Assembly (NCBI RefSeq): GCF_035084215.1
Contig: NC_090349.1
Span: forward strand, 9,920,001 to 9,984,000
Length of the DNA: 64,000 nucleotides
Source of the DNA: Heptranchias perlo
Lineage: Eukaryota
Reading direction: 5' to 3'
Made by a program: the position numbers and the translations under genes. Positions 49,194-61,319 of this stretch are shown here, one piece after another. Each line of letters starts with the position of its first letter. The stretch's first letter is position 1. The notes under the pieces were generated by a model. That model made no database searches and had not been told where the DNA came from. It was given only the letters and a program-made list of their open reading frames with translations.

Positions 49194-52100
49194 TGTAGAA
49201 ATTCGATCACGCCCAAAAACTAGCGCGCAAGTGCAAAGTGCGCGCTACACGAGCATCTTCACCTACGCTGAAGAACAGTGTTAAATTCGTGCAGGCAGAT
49301 CATTACAATGAGTAAAGGCTACCCTCACTGCTTATTGGCGTCCCTCCTGTTTGTGGGGGAGGTGGGTGTTATTGGGAGTCGGGCGTCGTCGGCGCCGCTT
49401 ACAGGCAGCCAGCACCTCCTCAAGGGGAGCTGCAGCCAGAGTTCAGAGTAACTTCACAATATCGACAAATGGCTGCATGAGGTACAGTGAGTGCAGACAC
49501 ATTCTCTGCTATCGCATTGGGGGCCTGGTCCAGGCATCCAATCTTGATTGGGGGGGGGGGGAGCTGGAGGAGGAGAAAGCCCTCCAGGCAACATCTCTGC
49601 CGCCAGTGGGAAGAGATTGCCGAGGTGATCAATGCCAGGAAATTAGCTCCAAGTCTGTGGCTTTAATACCATGACCCCACCAAAATTATGGGGGGTTACC
49701 TCTTACCTCTCACCTCAATTATTCTCTCCTCACACCGACAGCCAAACTACCCTCCCGCGGTTCCATACACTCCTTTAGGATCACTGCATCACATTTCACT
49801 CCACCTCTTTCTCCTCCTACTCAAACTCTGCACTTCCCAGTCGCACCACTATTGCAACCCTCACTTCTCTACACCCATGCTGCACACAGCATCAACACAT
49901 TCGCAAAAGATCTCACCTGGCTGTCACTAACACACTTCCTTCTTTCATGCAGGAAAAGGGCACACACAACACGAGGCAGCAGGCCGCGACCATCGGAGGC
50001 CATGCCCGCCTGTGCACACTTTCCCCACTTGAGGATGACAGGCTGGCTATCACCGGCAGCATGGTGACTGGCAACGCTGGAAGTGATGTCGTCAGGGTTT
50101 CTTCATCCCTCATCTTTTTCCCGTCTTCTATCTTATCCGACACACTGCATGGCTACTGTAGTTGTTTTCACCAGCCACTCATCTCTCTCTTCTCTTCCTT
50201 CACACGTAAAGATAACCCTTCCATTGCAACTCACACGGCTGACATCTTGACTCTGGGGACACAGAGCCGTAGGAGAGATGAGGCATGTCCCAGGAGAGTG
50301 GTCTCAGCTGAGTCGGAGAAGCACTTGCTCCTGCACCACCCATCCAGCCAGTGCTCTTGTTAGTGCCACGTAGACAGCTGGCCCAGGCATCCTTGTTCCA
50401 CAACAAGATGCTGCAGTCTGTAGCTGAGCCCTCAAGGCCCCGCTCACCACCACAAACCTGGAATCACAGCAAGGACTGTAGTGTAGAGCTTCCCCGGAAC
50501 TGTTCAGGCTGCAGACGCGATGCTTAGCACACCGAAGATCTGTCCAATTATATTTCTGGTAGTGGCATGGCTCTCGTCGTAGGCCAGTTCTGTGTCTGTG
50601 CACGGGTTCTCGACAGGAGTGTTGAGCCGCGATTGAAGGGGATATTCCTTATCGCCCAGTAGCCAGCGTGTGCCCAGGCAGCCTGGTTGGATTAAAGGCA
50701 GCATAGAGGACTGGCACAGGAAGAAGGAATTATGACTGCTGCCAGAAACCTGGGCACGGACCTGCATTTTTCCCGTTAGCTATTATGAACTTATGGAAAA
50801 GAGTTGTTTCGGCAATTTTTTCTGGATTTGGTGTTGTTGTAATGGAGTGAGGGTAAACCGATAAAGCTTGACTGAAGGAAAGCAATCAGGTGTTGGTACA
50901 AAGGGCGGTGGTGATAAGAATTGCGGGACTGTTGGTGCATTGGGTATGTGGGAAGGGGGTGATTGAGCTGATCGGTCGCCCAAAGCCCTGACAGCGAGGG
51001 GCACTGCTGGTCGATGCTGCTCCTGCTTTTCCTCCTCCTCCACGCATGCAAGAACGGTACTACTATAATCATGGGTGACTTTAATCGACATATAGATTGG
51101 TCAAACCAAATTAGCAATAATACTGTGGGGGAGGAATTCCTGGAGTGTGTACGTGATGTTTTTCTGGACGAATATGTTGAGGAACCAAGTCGAGAAAAGG
51201 CGATCCTGGACTGGGTATTGTGCAATGAGAAAGGATTAATTAACAATCTTGTTGTGCAGGGTCCCTTCGGGAAGAGCGACCATAACATGATAAAATTCCT
51301 CATTAATGTGGAGAGTGAAGTAGCTGAATCTGAAACTAGGTTCCTGAATCTAAATAAAGGAAATTACAAAAGTATGAGGTGTGAGTTGGCTATGATAGAT
51401 TGGGGAAATTTACTAAAAGTGTTGACGGGGATAGGCAATGGCTAATATTTAAAGAATGTGTGCAGGAATTACAACATTTATTCATTCCTGTCTGGCGCAA
51501 AAATAAGACAGGAAAGGTGGCTCAAACGTGGCTTACAAAAGAAATTAGGGATAGTATTAGATCCAAAGAGGAGACATATAAAATTGCCAAAAAAAGTGGC
51601 AAGCCAGAGGATTGGGAGCAGTTTAGAATTCAGCAAAGAGGACAAAGAGTTTGATTAAGATGGGAAAATAGAGTATGCGAGTAAACTAGCAGGGAACATA
51701 AAAACTGACTGTAACAGCTTCCATAAATATGTCAAGAGAAAAAGATTAGTGAGGACAAATGTCGGTCCTTTACAGTCAGTAATGGGAGAAATTATAATGG
51801 GGAACAAAGAAATGGCAGAACAATTAAACACATACTTTGGTTCTGTCTTCACAAAGGAGGACATAAATAACCTGCCAGAAATGTTAGGGAACCAAGGGTC
51901 GAGTGAGATGGAGGAACTGAAGGAAACTAGTATTAGTAAAAAAATAGTGCTGGGGAAATTAATAGCTGACAAATCCCCAGGGCCTGATAATCTACATGCC
52001 AGAGTACTAAAGGAAGTGGCCTTGGAAATAGTGGATGCGTTGGTGATCATCTTCCAAAATTCTATAGATTCTGGAATAGTTCCTACAGATTGGAGGGTGG

Positions 52101-54110
52101 CAAATGTAACCCCACTATTTAAAAAGGAGGGGGGTGGGAAACAGGGAATTACAGACCAGTTAGCCTCATGTCAGTAGTGGGGAAAATGCTGGAGTCTATT
52201 ATAAAATATGTGATAACAGAGCACTTGGAAGGCATTAACGGGATTGGACCATGTCAGCATGGGTTTATGAAAGGGAAATCATGCTTAACAAATCTACTGG
52301 AGTATTTTGAGAATGTAACTCGTAGAATAGATCGGGGAGAACCATTGGATTTTTAGAAGGCGTTCGATAAGATCCCACACAAGAGACTAGTGTGCAAAAT
52401 TAAAGCACATGAGATTGGGGGGAATATACTGGCATGGATTGCGAATCGGTTGACAGACAGGAAACAGAGAGTAGGAATAAACGGGTCTTTTTCCGGGTGG
52501 CAGGCAGTGACTAGTGGGGTACCGCAGGGATCAGTGCTTGGGCCCCAGCTATTTACAATATATATCAATGATTTGGATGAGGGAACTAAATGTAACATTT
52601 CCAAGTTTGCAGACGACACAAAGCTGGGGTGGAATGTGAGCTGTGAGGAGGATGCAAAGACTCTCCAATGTGATTTAGACAAGTTAGATGAGTGGGCAAG
52701 AACATGGCAGATGCAGTATAACGTGGATTGATGTGAAGTTATCCACTTTGGTTGTAAAAACAGAAAGGCAGATTATTATCTGAATGGTGATAGATTGGGA
52801 AAAGTGTCGGTGCAAAGGGACCTGGGTGTCCTTTTACACCAGTCGCTGAAAGTGAGCATTCAGATGCAGCAAGCAGTAAGAAAGGCGAATGGTATGTTGG
52901 CCTTCATTGCAAGTGGATTTAAGTAGAAGAGTAGAGATGTCTTACTGCAGTTATACAGGGCCTTGGTGAGACCACATCTGGAGTATTGTGTGCATATTTG
53001 GTCGCCTTATCTGAGGAAGAATATCCTTGCCATGGAGGGAGTGCAACAAATGTTTACCAGACTGATTGCTGGGATGGCAGGACTGACGTATGAGGAGAGA
53101 TTGAGTCGACTAGGCCTATATTCACTAGAGTTTAGAAGATTGAGAGGTGATCTCATCGAAACATATAAAATTCTAACAGGACTAGACAGACTAGATGCAG
53201 GGAGGATGTTCCCGATGGCTGGCGAGTGCAAAACCAGGGATCACAGTCTCCGGATACGTGGTATGCCATTTAGAATCGAGATGAAGAGAAATTTCTTCAC
53301 TCAAAGGGTGGTGAATCTATGGAATTCTCTACCACAGAAGACAGTGGAGGCGAAGTCATTAGATGTATTCAAGAAGGAGATAGATATATTTCTTAATGCT
53401 AAAGGGATCAAGGGATCTGGGGAAAAAGCGGGAACAGGCTACTGAGCGAGACGATCAGCCATGATAATTTTGAATGGCGGAGCAGGCCCGAAGGGCCGAA
53501 TGGCCTACTCTTGCTCCTATTTTCTTTGTTTCTATGTTAAATCTTGATGCCCAAGTCGTGGTAAGGGTTGGTCCCACAGTATTGCAAAGTTGTGCAGCGC
53601 ACGACCACAAATCTGGAAACGTTGTCAGGGCTGTAGTGCCGAGCTCCTCACGAAAGGCCCAGGCAGCAGAAGCGATGCTTGTGCACACCGGAGGTCTGGC
53701 CAATTATATTATTGGTAGTGGCATGCTTCTCGTTGTAGATCAGCTTTGTTCAAGCGATCCTGTCAGAAGTCATGTGCCATGTCGGGAGGGGCTACTCCGT
53801 GCCACCCAGTTGCCAACCTGTGACCTGACAGCCTGGTTGGAATAAAAGCAGAGCAATGGACTGGCTCAGGATGAATTAATCATGTCTGCTGCCTGAAACT
53901 GGGCACAGCCCTGCATGATGTAATGCATGTGATCAGAAACAAGTTGGACATTTTCCGATTTGCAGTTTCGTGAAATCTGCTCCACAGCGACCCTGCTGGT
54001 GAGAGAAGGGGCTTCTCTTTCAAGTGCACTCAAACGGCAGTGAATTCCATCAAAACAGCTTGCCGTCCTATTATGCACCGGAAATGCCGCAAAAATAAAT
54101 AAAATGTAAT
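49194..54110. mobile_element. Old degenerate Harbinger relic (duplicate of 34051-39548) split by a CR1
   Basis: QVSGSSHNSFFLCQSS...WLLGDKEYPL at 50504-50767; colinear with 34051-39548 apart from deletions. Confidence 0.7.
51044..53538 (+). mobile_element. 5'-truncated CR1 LINE, same insertion as 36463-38974 (co-duplicated)
   Basis: Same 5' junction (cctcctcc..gcatgcaagaacggtact) and 3' junction (tctatgtt|aaatcttgatgcc). Confidence 0.93.
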
Positions 54111-55632
54111 CTAATACAGGGATTATCGGCGTATGTTGGGTTGGGAAGAACTAACTTTGTACAACCTGGAATTGTCTCTGAAATCTCCCGAACTCATTGT
54201 TCTCAGCACATTTGAAGTTTGATTAATATTATTCTTATCAGTGAGTGTCACATCACATTACCATGATCTAATACCATGTGATTTCTTAAGGAGATCAGTC
54301 TGAACAAATAACACTAAAGGGATACAGAGTTTGTGATGAAGGTGAATGTGAATGTAAAAAGCGTGACAATTTGCTGGACTGGTTTCAGTAAAAAATGTTA
54401 ATGGAATTGTAATTACTTCCAATCTGAGTTGCTGCCCGTCTCACTTGGTTCAGTGTTAAGAATTGCTAAACAAGGATAAAAGGAATCCAATTGAAAAATA
54501 AAATCTTGCAACGCCAGAAATTGCAGCGCCCAAATACCTGGACAATCAAAGCAGAGGCTGTCACATTTTGGACCCCAATTTGTGTCACCAGATGATTAAG
54601 TCAAACGTAAACGAGGTTCTTTCAATTATTGTCAGAAACACACGGATACACAGTTCAGACGGTTCCCTACACCGTTCGACTATAAAGAAATCCGGTTTCA
54701 AAAATATGGTACCACTGTACATATCTGGCAACAACCTGAACGTCGACTCTCTTGGTACCTCTTTATATATTGACTCACTCTCACAGACCCTTCTTTGTGC
54801 ACAAATCTTTGAAGGTGACAGGTCAAGTTGAGAAGGCTGTTAAAAAAGCAAATGGGTTCCTGGGCTTTATCAATAGAGGCATAGACTACAAAAGCAAGGA
54901 CGTTATGTTAAACGCTTAGAAAGCAAAGGTTAGGCCTAAGTTGGAGAATTGTGTTCAGTTCTGGGCATCACACTTGAGGAAGGATGTCAAAACCTTACAG
55001 AGGGTGCAGAAGAGGTTTACTAGAATGGTACGAGGGATGAGGGACTTCAGTTATGTGGCGAGATTGGAAAAGCTGGGGTTGTTCTCCTTAGAGCAGAGAA
55101 GGTTAAGAGGGGATTTGATGGAGGTGTTCAAAATCATGAACGGTTTTAATAGAGTAAATAAGGAGACACTGTTTCCAGTGGCAAAAGTGTCGGTGACAAA
55201 AGGATGCAGCTTTAAGGTGATTGGCAAAAGAACGAGAGGCGGGATGAGGAAAAATAAAATTACTCCGCAAGTTGTTGTGATCGGGAATGCACTGCCTGAA
55301 AGGGTAGTAAAAGCAGGTCCAATAGTAATTTCCAAAAGGGAATTGGATAAATGCTTGAAGAGAAAAATACTGGACTATGGGGAAATAGCAAACGAGTGGG
55401 ACTAATTAAATAGTTTTATCAAAGAGCCGGCACAGACACAATGGGAGGAATGGCCACCTTTGCTGATTCTAGGGTTCTATGATTACACTGCGCTATTTGT
55501 AAAGTTACAATGAAGCTTTGACCAAGTCACTGAAAGATAGAGCCAGAGGGCTAACGCGCGCAATCTGTACATCTGTTGTTGTGATTTGAAATGTTCCACT
55601 TAAAATCAAACAGGTAATATCTGAATACGAAA

Positions 55633-55638
55633 TTTATT
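55633..55638 (-). terminator. Polyadenylation signal AATAAA, cluster 4
   Basis: tttatt on +, conserved position. Confidence 0.8.
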
Positions 55639-55681
55639 TTAAATGAGAATGTATAACAGATCAATACATAAGATTCTTGAA

Positions 55682-56004
55682 TCAGATACAGCTGGATCTC
55701 GCGATGCTTGTTTGAAGCGGGTTTGTCTGAGTCTCGTGTTTCACCACACAGGAGTAAAGCTCGTGTGAGTTCCAGTCTGAGGCTGCCAGAGTCAGATAAC
55801 TGCTCGCACTGAACGTGTTGTCCGTCTCCTGCTGGACCCGACTGGTCTCAACACCATTCCCTCTGACACTGCCATCTACAGTCCACTCAATCTCCACAGC
55901 ACCCGGGTTAAAACCGTTCACCAAACACACCAGGGTCGCCTTGTTCTTTTGCGTTATTTGATCCGATGAAGGCGGAAGAACGGACACCGAGGGGGCCCGA
56001 GGAT
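55682..56004 (-). CDS. IGLC: Ig lambda constant exon, cluster 4 (gene = complement join 60273-60225, 60091-59750, 56004-55682)
   Basis: cag acceptor; PRAPSVSVLPPSSDQITQK...SIARSSCI*. Confidence 0.97.
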
Positions 56005-57477
56005 CTGAAAAGTAGAAACAAATGAAAGAAGATCCAATCTTAATTGACATAAAAGTCGTAATCAATGTTGTACTTTCCCAAATCTTTTAAACTTCGGCGT
56101 TACTCCACAAATGTATGAAGAATATCTTTGGTTTGAAGAATACAACGGAACCAAATTAGTGTCAATTGTACAATGACAGGAGCCCGCAGTTCTAGAAAAT
56201 ATATAACCTGAGAACTTTTCCTATTTTTCATACGTGGAAAGGAACAAATAACAATTATTTAAATGAAATACAATCTAACTTATTGAATATGCTATGATAT
56301 GAATTTAATAGCATTCCTCAAAGTCATTAAATTTCTTTCGTTTTTTTCTGCTATATCCTTTCCCCATTAAAGTTTAACATGTCACTAAGAATATTTCTAT
56401 ATTTCGTGGAATCATAGACTCTTACAGCACAGAAGGATCCGTGCCTGTGCGGGCCCTTTGAAAGATCTGTCCAATTAATCCCACTTCCCTGCTCTTCCGC
56501 CATAGCTTGGCAAATGTTTCCTTTTCAAGTATATATCCAATTCCCTTATGAACGTTGCCAATGAATCTGCTTCCACCCCATTTCAGGTAGTGCAATCCAG
56601 ATGATACCAACTTGCGGTGTAAGAACATTTCTCCTCACCTCCCCTTGTTCTTTTGCCAATTATCTGAAATCCGTGTCCTTTGGTTATCGACCCACGTGCC
56701 AGTGGGAAGAGTTTCACCCTATCTACTCCATCAAAACCCGTCACAATTTTGAACATCTCTATTAAATTTCTCCTTAACTTTCTCTGCCCTAAGGAGAACA
56801 ATACCAGCTACACTCGTCTCTCGGCATAACTGAAGTAACTGTCATTAGGAATATTTCCATATTTGTGAAGGAATGGGGTCAGAAAATAATAAAACATAAA
56901 AATAACACCGCACACAGTATGGCATTCAAATGTATCGGTCGGACTCAATCCGTTACAGACATTGTGTCCGACGAGCAGTGGATTTAAAGCGAAAGTAAAC
57001 AGCAATAAATTCGAATTTGGGATCAATATTGGAACCAATGCTGACTACAAAAATACAGTAATATATTTCATTCAAAACACTCGATTCTAATAAATCTCCT
57101 GCTAATTACGATTGTTTGCTTCTGTCTCTAGTTCCGCGCCACTTTTGACGGAAATGGTAAATATTCGACTAACATTTGGGCTTGAGTAGAAGTACTGCCA
57201 CGGCCGCTCTGCTCGGCTCGTCATTTCTACAAGGCTTCCTGTCCCTGTCGGACAATGAGTACATTGTGTAAAAGTTCAAAAGACTTTTGGAATAATTCTA
57301 CCACACTCGAAATACGATATTAGGAGACTGATCCGATGTCAAAGTGTCACAAAGTTAATCTTTCACTACAGACAAACAGTTTCCAACAAGTAACGACTGT
57401 TATTGGAAACAATTATATCAATATTATAAAATAATATCCCCAAAATAACCTCAATATGAAAGTACAATGGCAAAAAT

Positions 57478-57695
57478 GTCCTGGCCAATATATCCCTCAA
57501 TTAACATCACTAAAACAGATTATCTGCTCATTATCACATTGCCGTTTGTGGGACCTTGATATGCGCAACTTGGTTGCCGCGTTTCCAATATTACAACAGT
57601 GACCATTTCAAAAGTGCTTCATTGGCTGTAAAGCACTTTGAAACGTCCTGAGGTCGTGAAAGGCGCTATATCAGTGCAAATTCGTTCTTTCTTTT
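57478..57695 (+). mobile_element. SINE 3' half in J-C intron 4
   Basis: Ortholog of 5687-5905. Confidence 0.6.
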
Positions 57696-58194
57696 CTTTG
57701 TGAATATTAAGCAGGCATATTCCCATGGTAATGACAATGAAACATAATCCAGTGTAAGAATTTTGAAGCCGGGCTGTCACAATGCCTTGTCTCTTTAAAT
57801 GACTCTCACCCTAACCTGAATGTCGCGTTCCCACTGATCATGTATCACATGCACCAGCGACCAATGATAAACCCTCGGTAAAATTGTTTATGTAGTGAAA
57901 AGCGTCGAAGAAAAGGCTGAAATATTAATAACGTTTTCAATCGTAGAAATAGGTATCAGAGGCTGAGCCGCTACAAATGTTTCTGGTACCGTGTCAGGTA
58001 GAGCAGCGCGTTTTACAATGCCGGGATTGTCCGGGTCGGTTTAACTATCTATTGCCAGTCTGAGACGTTCGCCTTGGAACCTACAACATCCCCTTGCTTT
58101 CTTTACATTATAATTTGGAGGCTGAAACCACAAGTAGTCCCGACAATAGCCAACATCCCCTATTGTCACAGTTGATAAAGTCCCTCTGCAACAC

Positions 58195-59111
58195 CCGGAA
58201 ATTAGCTTAACATTCTCATATGAAATATCGGGAGTCCTGTGGGATTATTAAGCAGATTTTACTGTCAATTTAAATTATTGTCTAAACGTCAAGAATTTGC
58301 CAATGAACTCCCTTTACATTGGTTTGGAATGTAATTTTTTCAGATATAAATTCTTAATGGAACAACTGATGATATAATGGAAGATTTTTTTCTGTTTGAT
58401 GTCCCATGCTAGCTGGTTCCACCCTGATGTAGTCGAATAACCAAGTTAAAATAGCGATAGAGTGTTCGCATCTTCTGTAATATTCCTCCTCTTGCTGACA
58501 CTAATCACAGAACCAGCATTAAAGCGCAATGGAGTGAGTACAAAAGCAGGTACAAAAATCGGAAAGCCTATTCTGAGACATTATTCACACAAAATTGATC
58601 GCAGAGTAAGATAATGAGTCCGTGTCTTGTTAAAAATAGACATCCTGCCAATAATTGATGTTTATTACCGCGTTATGCCGAAAATCGATCAGTGTGAATG
58701 ATTATTACTTGCTGAACTGAACTCAACAGTATGATTGCTATAGCCATCCGGGATTCATGCGAAATGTAGAAATGAGAACCTTGTACTGAACGGTTTTCAC
58801 TGAGTTTGGAGACAAGTGGAAGTGAGTTACACCAAGTGGTCACACCATCCTCCCACGGCCTCAGCCCGAGAATGGTTATTATATCTCGGGAGTGCTTTAA
58901 GGGGAATGAAAACGCTATCGTGTGAAACTTTTGAATTTTTTTTAGCCTTTTCCAACAATTAATTCCAGCGGGGCTGTAAGGATAGGGTGTAAAGGGAGTT
59001 CACTGGCAAACTCTTGACGTTTAGACAATAATTTAAAATGACAGTAAAATCTGCTTAATAATCCCACGGGACTCCCGATATTTCAATCGAGAATGTTAAA
59101 CTAATTTCTGG
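58195..59111. repeat. ~120-bp inverted repeat in J-C intron 4 (58195-58318 vs 58988-59111)
   Basis: aaagggagttcactggcaaactcttgacgtttagacaataatttaaa... is the reverse complement of ...tttaaattattgtctaaacgtcaagaatttgccaatgaactcccttt. Confidence 0.92.
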
Positions 59112-59749
59112 AAGACTTCGTGGGATTCATAGAATGATAGTATTATACGGCTCAGAAGGAGGGCGATCGCGCCCATCCACTTAGTCCATTTCCGATACAC
59201 TTTTTTCCATTTTCCAATGTTTATCCACTTCCCTTTCAAGCCCTACCACAGATTCTGCTCGACCACTCTTACAGGTACAACACTACCCTAACAGTCCCTT
59301 AAGTAACGAAAATATCCAAACCTCTCCCTTCGTCCTTCTCGTAACAAGATTAAATTTATGGCCTTTGTTTACCAACTGACTGATCAGTGAAAATCGTTCT
59401 TTTTTAATTTCCTGGCTATCTCTTAAATATCACTGAACGCTGATTCATAAGCTCTGTATAAATAATATTAAGGACAATAATCTTGATTTACACTAACTTA
59501 ATCTACCAAGAAAATGATTTCAAGGGTTTTTTTTTGGTATTTCGCCCGCAATGTTGCAAATGTTAGGGGAGAGTTTGACGAGCGCTTTAGAAACCGAAAT
59601 TTAAGAAGACATTGTCGCTGTAATCACCATGAGAGACTCGGACACTGATATTTTTTGAACCAAGGAATTTCAACTCAAAGAATTAAATCAACGATCGAAA
59701 ACTGGCAGCTGACAAATCCCAAGTTGCACAATGCGAATAATTTACTTAC

Positions 59750-60091
59750 TGCCCAGATTCAGCTTGGTTCCTCTCCCGAAGGTGAATATTGGGTTTTTCC
59801 ACACACCACAGTAATAATCGGCGGCGTCCTCGGATTGCACGTTGGTGATGGTTAAATGCATCTTGTTACTCGATGAGTCTACAGATCCGGTGAATCGATC
59901 TGGAATCCCCGGCCCTCTGGTGGAGCTCTCATACCAAACAAACACAGGGGCACTGCCGGGTTTCTGCCAGTACCAGCTCGTGTAGCAGCTGCCGATGCTG
60001 CCTCCGGACAGGGTACAGGTGATCTTGACGGTTTTGCCCGGGGTGGTTGAGATGGACGTTTCCTGATTCAGGACAATATCCGCGTTTGTAC
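59750..60091 (-). CDS. IGLV: Germline-joined V-J exon, cluster 4 (CDR3 GVWKNPIFT; extra Cys in CDR1)
   Basis: TNA-DIVLNQ...GGSIGSCYTSWYWQKPGSAPVFVWYESSTRGPGIPDRFTGSVDSSSNK...YYCGVWKNPIFTFGRGTKLNLG; canonical splice sites. Confidence 0.97.
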
Positions 60092-60224
60092 CTGGTGAAA
60101 TAACAAGTTATTGATCAGTCACACTCTGTGCAATTCTGAATATTTAGATTCGTTGAACGGAAGCACAATGAAGGTTAGGGCAATGTAAAAAGCAGCGACA
60201 TTGAAGGTTAAGTCCTGTACTTAC

Positions 60225-60273
60225 TGTGGAGACAGAGCATCAATACGGCGAAAACTCGAACCCATTCAGTCAT
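60225..60273 (-). CDS. IGLV: Leader exon, cluster 4 (MTEWVRVFAVLMLCLH)
   Basis: ATG at 60271-60273; GTAAGT donor. Confidence 0.95.
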
Positions 60274-60344
60274 GGTGAAGGTTTTGGTGACGGTCAGAAG
60301 CAAAATGTTTCCTGACACGAACGTAGTTCTGGGCTCTTTCTAAA

Positions 60345-60465
60345 CCCCCTTAAGAAGTTTCAAACGTTACAACGTCACTGTGGTATTAATTATTTATGCA
60401 AATCTCTAGCTAGGTTACATGGCGCTACAGGGTCCTAGGTCCTGCGCTGACTGATATTTGCATAA
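60345..60465 (-). promoter_or_regulatory. Promoter, cluster 4: octamer 60396-60403 and inverted octamer 60456-60463
   Basis: Two perfect octamers 60 bp apart, as in cluster 1. Confidence 0.88.
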
Positions 60466-61319
60466 TGCACATTCCAGCCATTTTTTTAAAATTGAGAAAC
60501 AGATTGTTAAAGCCTTAGAATAGAATACGAGAATGGTTGAATACAGCAAAATAAAAATTCCGGTGAATCACGGGGGAGCGGTTAGCTGATTCCAGGCTTT
60601 AGAAGCTAGAAGATTGTAATAGAGAGGAAAGTCTGAGGGTGGTAAGAAGCTGAATAGCTATGGGGTCCTCAGAAAGAATTAATTACAGAAGGAGAGTGTG
60701 AGATGAGTTTGGAATTATGCACAGTAAGGAGTTAAGGAGATGGAACAGCGCGCAGAAGGTTGTATTTTGGGGTTCGCGGACAATTTAGGAAAGTTGGCAC
60801 TTGTTTACTTTGACATATGTGACCATACATTCAATGTATCCCGTTGAAATTTGGAAGTTCCGTTGCTTCTGCATACAGCATTGAGCGTAGACTTCACCAA
60901 TACGGTCTAACAAATATGAGTGAATAATGAATTGATTATTCCTCAGTCACACGTTGAGATATCGTGTCTCCAGATTCATTATTCGGAATGTAGATTATCC
61001 CGCTCAGCGGCTCACTTCATGAGGACAGATAATTGACATTTCCCGAAAAAAAACGATCGATCCGAGTTTTAATCCTGCCCAACCTGAAGGGATAAACATA
61101 TGCTCTCTGCTGACTCGAAACATTTGAGCTGTTTGGCCCATTTGCTAGTGAGGTGAATCAACAGAAAAAGCAGGCCATGATTCAACACAAATTATAACCT
61201 AATTGACAATCTCACTCGGAGACCCAAAAGATGTTTGGGAGTTATAAAGTCCACATTAGTGCAGCAGAGATGCTGTTTTGAGGTTGGATTAGAACACACG
61301 TGGGTAATAATTCCTGTGG

